Shown here: positions 1 through 13,780 of the stretch, in pieces | Numbering within the stretch: the first letter of the stretch is position 1 | Layout: each line of letters begins with the position of its first letter | Source: Camelus dromedarius | Lineage: Eukaryota | Assembly (NCBI RefSeq): GCF_036321535.1 | Contig: NC_087437.1 | Span: 47,866,001 to 47,930,000, forward strand | Reading direction: 5' to 3' | DNA: 64,000 bases | Notes under the pieces: model-generated | Database searches by the model: none | What the model saw: the letters and a program-made list of their open reading frames with translations, nothing else | Told to the model about the DNA's origin: nothing | Made by a program: the position numbers and the translations under genes

Positions 1-3000
1 TGAGTATTACACATCATGAAACCCAAAAAGGTGAATGGGGATCTCAGATTTCCTCTTAAGTGGAATAACAGCTTACCTCATCTTGATGGTAAGAGCTGTG
101 CAAGGAGTTTGCTCATTCCAATGTGAACCTGCCTTCTAGTTAGGCAGATTGTCTATAAATGTAACAGTAGAAACTTGCTGGGTTTTATGGAGGGTAAAGG
201 GGACAAGCAGGTAAGAAAGAGGGTAGGTGGAAGAGAGGATTGACGTAATCAGTGGTAACGCAAAGTTAGCATTTCCCTTATTTATAAAAAGAAATGGATA
301 CTCCATGAAAAGCACTAAGATAACACAGAAAAACACAAAGAAAAAAATATTTTTTTCAGCTAGAGATAACCGCCATTAACATACAGCTTATTCCAATCTA
401 ATGTTTTCTCTGTGCTATTTCTATGTGTGTGTGTATTTAGATGGGATGATAGTATATATGCTCATTTATCATCTGTTCTTGAAATCTGCATTATAGTGAT
501 TGTTTTTGCATGTCAATGAATATTCTTATACCACATGGTTATGTAGAATTTCCTCAAACAGAAAATGCCTTAAATTTCTTAATCAGTGACCTATTGTTTT
601 ATATTTAGTAACCAGTGCTTCTTGCAGAGGCTACCTGCCAGCATAGAAAATTGTATGGCTGTCTCCATAACTAGCTGTCACCATTTATGGCTTTACCAGA
701 TCACTGCACATAATTAGAGGACATCTGAGGTCAAGAGCTATTCCGTTAATTGGAATAATTAAGGTATCTTTTTTTTCCTCTATAGATTTCCCCAATTTCC
801 CTTTTGGCACTAGTCACAGTAACTAATATTCATGTCATGTCTTAATGTGACCTTTGTCAGTTCTAGGAACATTAATACAGCAATGAATTTTACCTAAAAG
901 GCACAAAGCTGACTGCAAAACATATCTGTTACAATGTCACAGATGTGAGTCATTCGTTTGGTAGGTACTTGCTGAGTGCCTAAAATAAACAGTGCACTCC
1001 ATTCTGGCCAGCAATATTCCATAAACACTGAGCTTCCACAATGTGCAAGGATATGAAGTAGAACTTCTTTCAGAGGGTTTGCTTTCTATATAGAGGGGCA
1101 AGATATGGAACTCAGACTAATTAAATAAGAGCACAAAAGATGTTATAAGGCAGTATCTAATGAGAGGTACAGGCAATAGGGGCTGTCATTTTTTAAAGAT
1201 CCCTGAGGGTTGGAGCAGTCAGAAAAGGCTTCACGGACAAAGTCTTGAAAGGACTGGGAAGGTAGAAATGAGAGGGAGAGAGCTTTCACCTAAGGCTAGG
1301 AAAAAGTACATTTATCTTTGGGGGACAGTGGACCAAGCTCACCAGAAGTGTAGGAATGAGAGTAAAGTCTGCAAGGAAGGAGAGCTTGACAGAGAGGTCC
1401 CTCAATGCCAGGCCATGGGAGTCTGGGCTTCACCCTGAACATCATGGGAAGAGGCTTGTGAGCTGTAGTGTGACTTGGTGGCCTAATCACCTCGATGTAC
1501 AAAAGTCAGTTTTTAGTCTTAGGTCCTCTGATATCTCTTCAGTAAGACTTTGAATTTATGTTGGAAGTTAAAATTGTTTACCTATTGTTTACTTATCATC
1601 ACTTTATTCCTGCTCTTTGATCAAGCTCCACATGCAGAAACTGACCCAAGAGTAAAACAGTCCAGTTATAAATTCATATGTAGACTTTGCAAAAGTAATT
1701 GAACTAGAATTTTGTCCTAAAACAGCATGATTAAGACATTGTCTTAATTCAGTGATGTTTCTCTTATTAGCTTTTTTGTCTTGATAAATTTTTATATTAT
1801 AATACAAATGTAACATCATTGAAGACATTTTGAAAATAGAAACACAATCCTATAACCGAATCCTAAACATAACTGTTTAAATTTTACATCTTTCCAGTCT
1901 TGTCAAAATGCATATTTATTTTTACCCAGTTGCAATAATATTGTACAAGTATTGTAAATACGTTGAACTAAATACTACAAATGTATTAAAACATTTTTCT
2001 AATCATTTTTAAGATTTGTATAAACATCTCTGAATAGATGTACCCAATTTAATCATTTTCCATGTTTAAATAGTGTTATTTTCCCATTTTGATTAGAACT
2101 TTCCATCTGATGTGTCACTGGCATTCTGGTGTGCAGAGATGGCATTCAAGTGTGATGAGATCTCTTTGGTCCTTGGGAGGCCATGGTTAGGACTTGCAGT
2201 AACTTGGACCCCCAGACTACTAGCCTCAGGCTGCATAAAGCATCCCTGATGGATTACTTCCTTGGGCTGTACAAATATCATTTTCGATATGTGCCATTGC
2301 ATGAAAAAAATTAGGATGTGCTTTTACAGAGGTGCTTCAATCTCTGTTAATATTACTGGTTACTGATCTTAGATTGTTTTTTCCAATTGAGTTTTAATTA
2401 CTTTTTAAAGCAATACTTGCACACAATAAAAATGTAAATGGTAGAGAAAGGTAAAGAGTGGTTCTAAGTTCCTCTCTAACCTTAGGCATTGTGTGTCTCT
2501 CCACAGAACCCAATTGTCATTAATTTCTTATGTATTCTTCCAGAGGCTTCCTAAATTCAAACAAGCACCTAGCTATCTAAAATTTGCATAAATTTATTGA
2601 TATTGATATTGATATCTATCTATAGCTATGTAGGGGCAACATGAAAAATACTTAGCAGGGATACAACCACCTGGACGGCCCGTGGTATACAGAATGTGCC
2701 AGAGCCCCTACTGTGCACCCTTAGCCTTGCTTTTACACACTGATTTACACTCGGCTTTTTTAACCTAGTAATATGGTTTGGAGATTGTTCCACATCAGCA
2801 CATACAGAGTGCTTCACTTCTCTATTGGTACCTTTTTCTTCTTTTAATGTTGCTAATGGGGATAGAATGCAGGCCTTCATGCATGCTAAGCTATTACCAG
2901 TCCCTCCCCACAGTGGCACTGTACAGTAACTGCTTCCTACAGATGGAGTTTTATGCTGGTCTCAGTCTCTTGTTACTATAAACAACCCTCCAACAAATAT

Positions 3001-4309
3001 CCTTATACAATGTGAATTTATCTGTAGCATAAACGTCTAGATGAAGACTCGCTGGGGAAAACAGTATATGCATATAAAATCATGGTTGGTATTGTTAAAT
3101 TTCCTTCCAAAGAGGTTTACTGTTTTTATTCCCATCAGCAATGTATATGAGGGCCTATTTCCCAAACCTGGGCCAACTCACTATATCTTTATCAGTCTGA
3201 AGGGTGAAAAACGGTGTCTCGATTTAATTTGCATTTAATCTAAAAATATTAAAAATGTTGTTTTGAACGCTTCTGAAGCAAGTTTTTCTCCGTATTTAAA
3301 CAAGTAAGCTTCACCCACGCACCTGAAACAGGCACAGATACTACTAGAAAGTAAATAATAAGCTGGTGAGGATAATACAAAGCAAAAACTCCTTGAGAGT
3401 ATCTGCCCAAAGAGGAGGATAGCAGTAGTGCTTAATTATTATTATTTTTTTTCTTTATGCCTTTTCGTCTCCATTTCCATCAGGTTGCATTAGGAAGCTG
3501 TGAGTTACATAAACATATAGTGTGTTGAGCTTTGCTTGAGGTATGGAAAGTTAGATGAGCAGGGCAAGAAAGAGCTCAGCAGCCTGTCTACTTCACATCA
3601 AATTCCAGGTACCATCCTTTCTCCCTAGCAGAACCGGCACATTTGCAGAATTAGGGAAAGTGACAAATAACGGAAGAAAAAAGAATGTAAGTACTATTTG
3701 ATCTGGGAGAGGCTTACAGAAATCAGCGTTTTGATTCACAATTTTCCCATTTCATTAACTGTCAGGGATCGCCTGTACCCTGCCCAGTACGCTGAGTGTA
3801 GCTGGGGAACCTCAATGGAATTGAACCTGTGTTTTAAGAGTTTTTTCTGGAAGAGCTTGAGAGTATGCTGTGAGGCATGCTCTGTTTGCAGATTATTCCC
3901 CGCACCCGCCAACCCAACCCCACTTATTATTTATTTTGAGGAATGGACGTGCAAGTCAGGTAAGATGTATGTCTGTACATAAGATCCCAAATCAGTCTAC
4001 TGAATGCTTGACACGGAGAACTCAAATCTCGCAGAAGACGTTCCAAAGATAGAGAAAAACATAAAGCCTCCCCCACCCCTGAAAGTAATCTTGACACCCC
4101 TACCCTTGTACTTAAAGAAAATCTGTATTATTGTAACAATATACAGCTATCCTTACTGGAGTCTACTCTATTTTCTTTTAATGAGCTTTAGATGTTTTTT
4201 AAAAAGTGAGAAATAAGGCTTAGTGAGATTAACACCGAAGTGCAAAGCACAAATTTCGATTTGGGCCCGACGTTAGGTTCCAGATTTGCACCTCGAGTCC
4301 CATCCCTAC

Positions 4310-4328
4310 CCAATCAGGGGAAGTCCCC
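4310..4328 (+). promoter_or_regulatory. CCAAT box adjacent to an NF-kB-like site
   Basis: CCAATCA 4310-4316 directly followed by GGGGAAGTCCCC 4317-4328 (fits GGGRNNYYCC). Confidence 0.45.
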
Positions 4329-4585
4329 GCTGTTCTCGGCTGTTTTAAAAGCAAGCGGTTTTAAAACCTCAAATCCTCTTTGTGTTGGCTGCCTCAGAGC
4401 TGACTCTTCGCAACCTAGCGATGTAGGATAGAAAACACCGCGGTGGGGGCCCACGGCGGCCCGCTCCCGAGCCTGCGCCCGGGGGCTCGCCCTCCGCCCC
4501 CGCCACCGAGCGGGGCCAGGGCGCCAGGCCCCTCTCCAGTGCCCCCTCCCCGCACGCTGCGGCTGGCGCTCCCAAGCGCCCCGCC

Positions 4586-4630
4586 TGACGCTGCAGCTGG
4601 GCCGGCGATTCGCCATTGGATTAAAAATAG
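4586..4630 (+). promoter_or_regulatory. Proximal motif cluster: half-CRE, E-box, inverted CCAAT, MEF2/TATA-like site
   Basis: TGACG 4586-4590, CAGCTG 4594-4599, ATTGG 4615-4619, TTAAAAATAG 4621-4630 (fits MEF2 YTAWWWWTAR). Confidence 0.6.
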
Positions 4631-4779
4631 CAGCGTCCCCTCCGCCCGCCGGGGGCCCCGGCTCCCGCCCCGCGGCCCGCTCTCCCCGCCCGCCCCGGCT
4701 CGGCTCCGGTCGCCCGCGCAGCCCGCCGCCGGCAGACCCAGCGCTCCTGCTCGGCTCGGCTCGGCTGCGCGCCGCGGCC

Positions 4780-4947
4780 ATGCAGCGCCGGGGCGCCCTG
4801 TTCGGCATGCCGGGCGGCAGCGGCAGCAGGAAGATGGCTGCAGGAGACATCGGCGAGCTGCTGGTGCCCCACATGCCCACGATCCGTGTGCCCAGGTCCG
4901 GGGACAGGGTCTACAAGAACGAGTGCGCCTTCTCCTACGACTCCCCT
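4780..4947 (+). CDS. USP13: USP13 coding exon 1 (aa 1-56)
   Basis: gccATG at 4780; [56 protein letters not shown]; donor CCT|GTAAGT at 4948, phase 0. Confidence 0.97.
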
Positions 4948-7900
4948 GTAAGTGAGGCTCGGCGGCGGCGGCGGCGCCTCGGGGGAGGGTCGCGGTGCCG
5001 GCGGCCTGAGGCGGCCGCGAGCGGAACTCGGCGGCACGTGAAGCGGGGGGAGAAGATGCGCAGTGGCAGCCGGGGACCTCCTCCCGGAGGAGGCGGCGGA
5101 GTTGCCTCAGGGGCACGGCAGTTCAGCAAACACTTAGCGAGAGCCTACTGGGTGCTGGGCGCTGCATTCCCGAGGCTGCTGCAGCCGAATACTGGGCTTG
5201 GCGGCCGGGGTGGTTTGCTCCGCCAGCCCTCTTAGGCTGACAGGGCCCCAGTTCCTAGCAGCCTGCCCAGAGCCCCGCCACCGTTTGAAAGATAGATCGA
5301 ATCGAAGAGTTTCCTGGTCTAACAGTCTGTTGCAGATGGCTTGCGTCCTCTTTGGGTCGAGAGCGGTGGGCGGGTTGGTGGATGAGACTGATTCCCTCCG
5401 GACGCACACAGCCCTTCTCTGTCTGGGACCGTTTGCTTTTCCTGGGATTCCCACTCCTGGACAGTTCTCATTTCCTCTCTGAGCTTTTCTCCGTCCACTT
5501 TAAATTTCTCCCCGCTTCTTTTCGTTCCGTCAGAATGTCGGAAGAAACCCTCGGGTGCTTCCACCCGGGCAGCAGAAATAGGGGGTCTACCGGATTATTA
5601 CGGTTTCCTCAAGCCTTCCCTTTCCCCCTATAAATGAGTCACTTTGACTGAAATGCACTAGTGTATATTATTAAAAGTTCAATCGCGAGTCGTGACCTCA
5701 GACAGACTGGAGTGGGAAGTGGAGACGCACCGCCGTTTTCCACCCAGGACGGTTGGTGGTGGTTTTCACCAGGTTGTATGTGTATGTGTAGGAAGGAAAA
5801 GGAGGGTGAATGTCCCTTTCAGGAGTCAAAATGGGCTTCAAAGTGACTCAGCTGTCTGGCGTTTATCATGTCTTTTTGAGGACCAGGTTATTTTTATCCA
5901 CCCATTTTAGAGCTCGTGTGTCACCCGCAGATCTCAATGCAACCAGGAGGTGCATGGATTTGGAGGGACTGAGGCAGGTTTCACAACAATAGTCTCACAC
6001 ATTTTATTCCTATTATGTATTGTTGGAGGGAGGAAAAAATCAAATGAGTGGCAAAATTTCCAAAGTATCCTTTATTATCTTGTGAGTTGATTTCGGCTGC
6101 TTTCAAAGCTTTTTTGCTTGGTACACATTGGAGTCCCAGAATTAGTATCCTCTCTGATATTTAATTTTTCTGTTATGCTAATTCCAGATCATTTGGTGGA
6201 TAAAAATCTCACGTGTTTGTTTATGACTTGACTTATTTTTTTCTTCCAAAAAGGTCTGTGTAGAGTGGAATGAAATGGTTATATTGAATATTTAGCATAT
6301 TGTGATCGCACTATTTAATGTGACTGCCAGCAGTCATTAAATACTGTTAACCACAAAGTATTTGAAAGTGGCATTTTCAGATTTTGTGTCCAGTGTTGGG
6401 CAGTTTCCCACTAATAGTTCCTAAGGGTGCAGAGGGTTGACCCTAATTAACTTAAGCCGTCAGTGGATTGTGAACTCCAGGAAGAAAGTGGCCTTAAGTC
6501 TTTTAGGATGACACAACATGTGAAGTGGGTAAAACTACTTTTCTGTGTTTGATCTGGGTTACGCTTCAAATTCTTCTTACAAATTTTGTTATTGGAAGTC
6601 TTTACCACGTCATGTAGTGTATGGCAGGTGTGAAAAAAAAGCTGCTTATCTTCATTCACTTCCACAAATAGTTATTGGGAGCTTACTGTTTGCCAAACAC
6701 TAACCTAGAAGCATCTTATCCAGTATAAAATGATGATTTCATTCACGTCACGGTAGTTCCTTGGGGAAGACTGGCTTATTTACAAGGCCGATGAATCAGT
6801 ATATTTCATTTTCTATGTTTCAAGGGAGGAAGAGAAAGAAGGTTTTATAACAAGTTATATTAAAGCACAGTGCATGATAATTCGAGATCTTTCCCTATGG
6901 TACTTACTTAACACTTCATCATGAAACCCATGAAGGTTCCTGAGCACCTACTATGTGTCATCTCATACATGCATGGCTGTAAGAACCATCTGGAGCAAAA
7001 TCCATTGGTACCAAACATAGCAGAGACTTTAATCCACAAGTGCCATAGAACTATGGTAGAGAAAAGACTAAAACCATGTGAGTGGAAAGAAATAGTCATC
7101 CTTGTATTGGATACTTTTGTAAATGGTCATAGATAAAGATGGATAGAAATAAATAGGAGACCAGCATTCTGACCCAGGTAAATCACATGTGCAAACACAT
7201 AAAGTGTGACTATTTTCTTCTTATTTGCTTGTAATGTATTTGGAAGAAAAAGACCGATTTTCTAAGCAGTAAGATCAGAACTAAGTAGAGAGTAGAAGAT
7301 GGGGCCTTTCATAGCTAGAATAGGATCTTGATTCCATACATCAGTTATGAGAAAGCTACTGTGAGTAATGTGATTTGAAGTGGTCTTAGAGGAAGACTGA
7401 ATTGATAAATTTTTATTTTGTGTCTACCATGTGTAAGGCAAGGTGTGACCACCTTTGTGGTTCTTCACCTTTGTGGGTGAAGTGGGACTGATTTCAGTAG
7501 TCCTCTCCTCCCTCTCTGCCCACCTGCTAGGACTTAGCACACAGCAGATGTGTAATAACAATTCTGGGATCAGTGTGAATTTGTTTTTTCATCTAGCAAT
7601 TTGATTTCATCCCAGGCCCACCTTCTCACCTTGACCAGTAGGTTCACCTCTCCATGACTTGGTTCATCTTGCAAGATCTGCAGTGGGACCTTCCTGGAGA
7701 GTGGGGACTGTATCTTTGTGTCCCTAGCTATTGGCCCAGCATCTGGTATATATACCAGGAACTCAATGAATGTCTAGGAAATGTATGAATTATATGCAGT
7801 TACATCTTCTGAAAAGGGTTACTATACAACATAGGGGAAACAGTGAGAAAGGAATCACATGGGATTATCATGTAGAATGTAGTGACTTTGTTGTGGGGGA

Positions 7901-8684
7901 CAAACGTGAAAGAGAGAGTGAGACTGGCAGAGTTGGAATCCCAGCTCTGTGTCCTGGCTGTGTAACTTCTCTGTGCCCCAGTTTCTCCATCTGTGGAATG
8001 GGGGCAATATTTGAACCTACCTCATGGGATTGTTTTGTGGATTAAATAAATTAATATGTAAAATGTGCCTGGCCAAACAGTAATCACTATAGGAAGAAAG
8101 GAAAGAGATAAAGAGAGTTAATCATGGGTTGTAAACCCAAGTGTTTGGTTGTCAGGTGTTATGTAGAAAGTTTGGTGTGGGTAAGTGGGGAAATTGGTTC
8201 ATACTTATGCTCACAAACCTTCATGAACCACCATGGAAAATCTACTCTCATGTCCTTAGTTACTGAGCTCCTCTGTCCTCTGAATGTACTTCGTCCCACC
8301 TCCCCTTACCTTCTAGGTTACCAGTTCTGGGGAGTTAGTCTCTGGGTCTTCAGCATATAAGACTCATTTCCTTTTCCAGGACCACCTTCCTCTTTTGATC
8401 ATCGCTCAGAGCTCATTCTCATCTTTTCTGTCTGCTTCAGAAAAGCATCCTTTCCTCTGAACCGCACAATACTTAGGGTCTGTGTCATACAACACGGCAA
8501 TTACAGTCTGTCTTCTATAGTTTTACAGAAAATCATTCTATTTTCTTTTATCCATTTCACTGGTAGTTTTAAAACATTACTAGGTGTGAAGCCTTATTGA
8601 GTATTAGGTACGAGAGTTGCTGAGCCACTCGGCTGATTATGCCCCCTCACCACCTGTCTGAGGGTGGGGAGTTTATCTTATGCC

Positions 8685-9190
8685 CCGTCTTAGCTGGAGT
8701 CCACTGAAGACCGAGACAAGGGCTTTGGCACAGGCTGTTTATTTTGGAAAGATATCCCAGGCAACAGAAGTGGAAGAATGTCCAAGGGAATAGGAACAAA
8801 GGGAAGGAAAGAAAGTGAACCCAAAGGTGAGGTATCGAGCCTGCTACCACGGTGGATGCTCAGCCCGTCCAGGACTGCCTGGGGGACTGTCAGTGTACCT
8901 CAGCATCATCCACCTGGGACACGGAAGAGGAGAGTGCTTACCCACTGGCTCCCACGGCCCGTTGGTCAGGGGTGCCCCATGGCCGAAAGACTCTGACTCT
9001 TCCTGGTTTGTGTTTGTGTTGGAGAGGCTGAGCAGGCTCCCCGCAGGCTCGCTGAGACCAGCAGCTGCTGAGAAGCGAGAGATTCCCTGTGTCACTGTTG
9101 GGTCTCTGCCTTCCTGGGAGTCTTTGCAAAACTCTGGTGGACAGACTTTGGTAGTTGGTGGTTTAGATATCCATCAGGAAAGGCTTTGAG
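8685..9190. mobile_element. MaLR (MLT1-like) LTR fossil
   Basis: gtcttagctggagtcc...gagacaagggctttggcacaggctgtttattttggaaag resembles an MLT1 terminus; boundaries approximate. Confidence 0.55.
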
Positions 9191-9239
9191 ATCATCTACT
9201 TGTAGGAAAATTTCATGTTAGGGGCTCACTAAATCCTTC

Positions 9240-10045
9240 TGTGATATTGTGATTTACAATAAGGAATATATATTTGATCTTTGTCCTTGTTCCTGGCACA
9301 GAGCTCCTAAAACTCTTGGAATTTCTTACATGATAGGAGCCAGGAAAGTGTCTTTTGTTATGCATAACAAGCCCTTTCAGCCACACCTGAGTTTCTGTTA
9401 GGGGCTTTTGGACCATGCCTAAGGATGGGCTGGTTGTCAGGGGAATCATCTGCAAGATGAGAGGGTTGGAACTTTGGGGCCCCCTCACCTCCTGGAAGTG
9501 GAGAGAAGCTGGGGACTTATGTAATCAACAGTGGCCAATGGTTTAGTCATTCTTGCCTATCTAATGAAGACTTGAAAATCCCTGCACTACACCCTTTCCC
9601 CAATTCCTGCGTATCTCTTCTGGTTGTTCACTGGTATCCTTTAACATCCTTTGTAATAAACTGATAATCTAGTAAGTAAATTGTTTTCCTGAGTTCTGTG
9701 GGCTGCTCTAGCAAATTGATCAAACTTGCAGAGGAGGCCATGAGAACCTATGACTTACAGTCAGTCCTTCAGAAGCACAGGTGACAACATGGACTTGCGA
9801 TTGGTGTTTTAAGTAGGGGGGCAGGGGGAGGCAGATTAGGGGACTGAGCCCTTAACCTGTGGAATCTGATGGTGACTCCAGGTAGTGTCAGAATTGAGTT
9901 AAACTGTGGGACACTCAGTGTCTTCAGAGAGTTGGAGAATTGCTTCCTGTGGGAAATGTCCTCCTTACCCCCATCCCAATTTGGTGACCAGAAGTGAAGT
10001 GTTCTGTGAGTAGAGGAGAAACACAGGAGTGCACTTCTGTCTTTC
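9240..10045 (+). mobile_element. MER21-like solo LTR
   Basis: Starts tgtgatattgtgatttacaataaggaatatatatttg...cctggcacagagctcctaaaactcttggaatttc, as I recall for MER21; internal AATAAA near 9655. Confidence 0.75.
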
Positions 10046-10135
10046 TATCCTTCCTTCTACAAATATTTATGGATCTGCCTGGTACTACCTAAGACATTAC
10101 TGCTAATAATAATGACAGCTAATATTTATACAGAG

Positions 10136-10328
10136 CAGTGGTTCCCAATGTATGCATCCTGGCTGGACCAGCAGCACTGGCGTGCCCTGGGACCCTGTTA
10201 GAAATGCAGATTCTTGGATCCCATCCCAGACCCACTGAAACAGACACTCTGGGGATGGGGTCTAGCAACCTGTGTTCATATAAACTCACCAGCTAATTCT
10301 GACACGTGCAGAAGTTTGAGATCCAGTG
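10136..10328. mobile_element. MER5A-like hAT-Charlie MITE inside a MIR
   Basis: cagtggttc...gttagaaatgcagattcttgg...agtttgagatccagtg; flanked by MIR sequence (gatgaggaaactgaagcaca near 10441). Confidence 0.75.
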
Positions 10329-10549
10329 ATAGGGCGCTTACTAGGTACCAGGCATCATTCTAAACATATTTATTCATATATTAACTCATGTCATCCTCTT
10401 GACAACCTTATGCTGTATATATTGTTATCATCATTTTGCAGATGAGGAAACTGAAGCACAAAAAGTTATACAGACAATAAATGGTAGAGCTGAGATTTGA
10501 ATCCAGATTGTCTGGCTCAAGAATTTCTCCTTTTTTTGTCCCTTGTTTA

Positions 10550-11025
10550 TACCATCTTAACCGTGTTAATTGTACTGCTCAGTGCCATGAGTACATTCAC
10601 ATTGTTGTGCAACCATCACCACCATCCATCTCCAGAACTTTTTTATCATCTCAAACTGAAACTCTATACCCATGAAGCAATAACTTCCCATCCCCCCTGC
10701 CTCCAGCCTCTGGTAACCACTGTTCTATTTTCTGTCTGTGTTAATTTGCTTATTCTAAGTATCTCATAAAAGTAGAATCAGACAGTATTTGTCCTTTTGT
10801 GTCTGGTTTGTTTCACTTAGCATATCTTCAGGTTTCATCTATGTTGTAGTAGGTATCAGAATTTCCTTCCATTTTTAAGGCCAAATAATGTTGTGTAGTT
10901 TGTGTAGACCACGTTTTGTTTATCCATTCTTCTGTCGATGGACATATGAGTTGCTTCCACCTTTTGGCCATCATGAATAAAGCTGCTGTGATCAGTGATG
11001 TACAAGTATCTGCTTGAGTCCCTGT
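10550..11025 (-). mobile_element. Old L1 (L1MB-like) 3' fragment
   Basis: cattcacattgttgtgcaaccatcacc...ttatccattcttctgtcgatggacat, antisense L1 3'UTR/ORF2 end. Confidence 0.75.
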
Positions 11026-13379
11026 AGAATCTGTGCTTTTTACTATTGTGCTATGTATGCTGCCTTCTAGGCAATGAGACTTGCCATCATGGTACCTACT
11101 TGTTTCCCAGGGGAAAAAATAATTTAATTTAGGATCTATGTGGAAAAATCCTCCTCCTAATGGTTAAACAGATATAAGATAGTAAAGCAAAATTTAGGAA
11201 CTTACAGATTTTTTTTTCTCTTTGAGGATGTAAACTTAAACTAAATCTAATTGGTTTCACATATCAAAAGTTCCCTTCCAAAAGCAACTAAAAAGTTGTT
11301 TTCTAGCAACAATTCTCAAGCTTTTTGCCCCTTTATTCTCTTAAATATTTTTGAGGATGCCAGAGAGCTTTTGTGTGGTTTCTATCCATTGATATTTACC
11401 ATATTAGAAATTAAGACAGAAAAACTTAAAACAACTTCCATTCCGTTAGCTGTTAGAGTGATGATGCCTTCGAATGTCATGTAGACTCTGAAAAATGCCA
11501 CTGAAAGCTCATGGGAGAATGGGAGTGAAAAAGGCAGATAAGTTCGTGTTATGAAAATAGTTTTGACCTCTCAGATCACTTGAAGGGTCTTGGGGCATCA
11601 CGGGGTTCCCAGGCCGTACCTTGAAAACCAAAGTTCTAGAGTTTAGGCAAGAAAAATACAACTGGTTATTCCAGTGACAAACTCCACCTGCATTGTGGTT
11701 TTTGTGGGTTCACATTTTCATATTTGTGGTGATTGAATAACTTGTTGTTAATCTTAGCTCAACCATAATGTCATATTCCACATGTACATTCTTTTTTAAG
11801 CAAATTAAAATTTAGAGAATTTGACTCCTTTTGGAAAAAAAAACTGCAGCTACTCAGGCTGGGAAGTGTTGGCTCTTTCAGAGATGGGAATTCTTCATTC
11901 AGGTGACTGTAAGCTTTACTGTAGGGTGGTATGGCTGGGCTGTTTCTTTGGGGAACCTTAAATTTTAGCATCCTGATTTTTTTTCTTTGGCCACTGGTTA
12001 GGAGACTTCTGTCATCTCATGCCTGAAAACTGAACACTTATCTGCTGGATTCAGGGAGCTGAGCGGGAGAAGAAGCTGAGGGTGGTCTCAGTATCTGGAT
12101 ATTGAATACCAGCTGGATATTGTCTCCTGGCTCTCAACCTGATCCCTGTTTTGCTAAGCTTTCTCCCATGTTGCAGGGGCTAGGAACCTGGACACTACAT
12201 TTCCTGGAATCCTTTGACAGCACGATTCTCATTTTGATTCTGCCAGAGAGATCTGGAAGGCCGAAGAGAAGAAGAAGTCACTATTGCTAATGTATATGGC
12301 AGATGTGAGATTTCCCTATCAGCTTCTGAGTGTCTTCCTGGGACTCAGAGCCACCTTGGTTATGGGAGAGCTGGGGTCGTCTGTTCAGCTTCTTGTGATC
12401 CTTGTTCATCCTGATTTCCTGAACTTGAGTAGTGATTTCTCTGACCTTGGCTTTCACAGCTCTTCCCATGATTTTGTAAGCCTCTAATTTCCTATGTTAC
12501 ATCCTTTCCTGCTTGAAATACCTAGAATAGTTTGTAGTTTTCTGACCAGTTCTGGATACATGTCTAAGTCTCCGTGTATTATAATACCTCTATTCTTAAC
12601 TGAGCCCATTGTCCCACAGACCTGAGTCCTTTGTTTTTACCTACTTTAGAGAATAAATCAGTAGTTTTCTGGTGTGGAGGGGACTGCTTGGAGTAGCAGA
12701 GGGGTCTGGGGCTCTGAGTGCTACCTACACAGATTTTTCAACCCTTCCCCCTTATTTTAGCTCCTTTTTCACCCTAATTTCAGAATCAGCTGGAGCTGCC
12801 AGTTCTGGAGTCTTTTGGAAATTCTGGGGTGTAAATCAGATTGGATCATGACTTTCCCACTTGCAGGCCTAGGATTCGGCTTTGTCAGCTCATCTTAGTC
12901 TTTTTAAGCACTTACCCATATGGAGTCCAGTTTCCAGATTTTGTGGTTTATGTTTTTTTAAAAAAAATCTCCTAAGTGTTCTTTTATTTGAGCTTCAGAA
13001 AGGAGTGAAATTGATGTATGGATGTAATCAGGCCTATGTACCCTAGAGTCCTGCTTTTCCAAACTAATAATCAATAAGTCACTTGCTGTCTCTTTTTGGC
13101 AGCAATTAATTAATTACCTTTAAAGTTGTATCATTTTTAGAGCTTTGGAATGTAAGAGATGATGCTGATCCTGTCTGGGAGCCTTGCTGGGAATGTTTGT
13201 GATCTCAGCCATACTGAATCTGGACTTCTGTGCAACTGTGCATTCTCTTTTCACTCCCCTGCATTCTTCTTCCTCTGGACTGGAGCTCAGTTAAAGGTGC
13301 TGTCTTGCATTCAGTGCCCTGGGCTGGGAGATGTACAGTATCATCCACTCTACCTCCTGCTACTTCTCTCTGTTTTTAA

Positions 13380-13780
13380 ATAGTTGTGTAAAATTTACGA
13401 TCTTTAGCCTACCCGTCAGTGGTATTAAGTATATTCCCATTGTACAGCCATCACCACTGTCCATCTCTGGAACTCTTCATGTGCAACTGAAACTCTGTCC
13501 CCATTAAACAATAACTCCCCATTCCTCCTGCATCCCTTCTGTCTTCTAGGTACCTTATAAAGGGAGATCATGCAGTATTTATCTTTTTGTGACTGGCTTA
13601 TTTCATGTACCATGTTTTCAGGGTTCACCCATGTTGTAGCATGTGTCAGAATTTCTTTCCCTTTTAAAGCTGAATAATATTCCATTGTACATATACACCA
13701 CATTTTGTTTATCCATTCATCTGTCAGTGGACACTTGATGGCTTCCACCTTTTAGCTGTTTGAATAATGCTGCTATGCAC
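13380..13780 (-). mobile_element. Old L1 (L1MB-like) 3' fragment
   Basis: ORF 13425..13748 (-) reads KCPLTDEWINKMWCICTMEYYSALK...HATTWVNPEN, the L1 ORF2p C-terminus. Confidence 0.85.

Larger units (their letters stand above)
4430..5250. promoter_or_regulatory. CpG island / USP13 promoter, 5'UTR and start of intron 1
   Basis: Abrupt shift to very GC- and CpG-rich sequence with several GC boxes (CCGCCC) around exon 1; boundaries approximate. Confidence 0.92.

Noticed and set aside
4314..5235. Several long overlapping ORFs (138-233 aa) on both strands
   Set aside because: Stop-codon scarcity in a CpG island; low-complexity Gly/Arg/Pro/Ala translations. Only 4780-4947 is supported, and its read-through passes a canonical donor.
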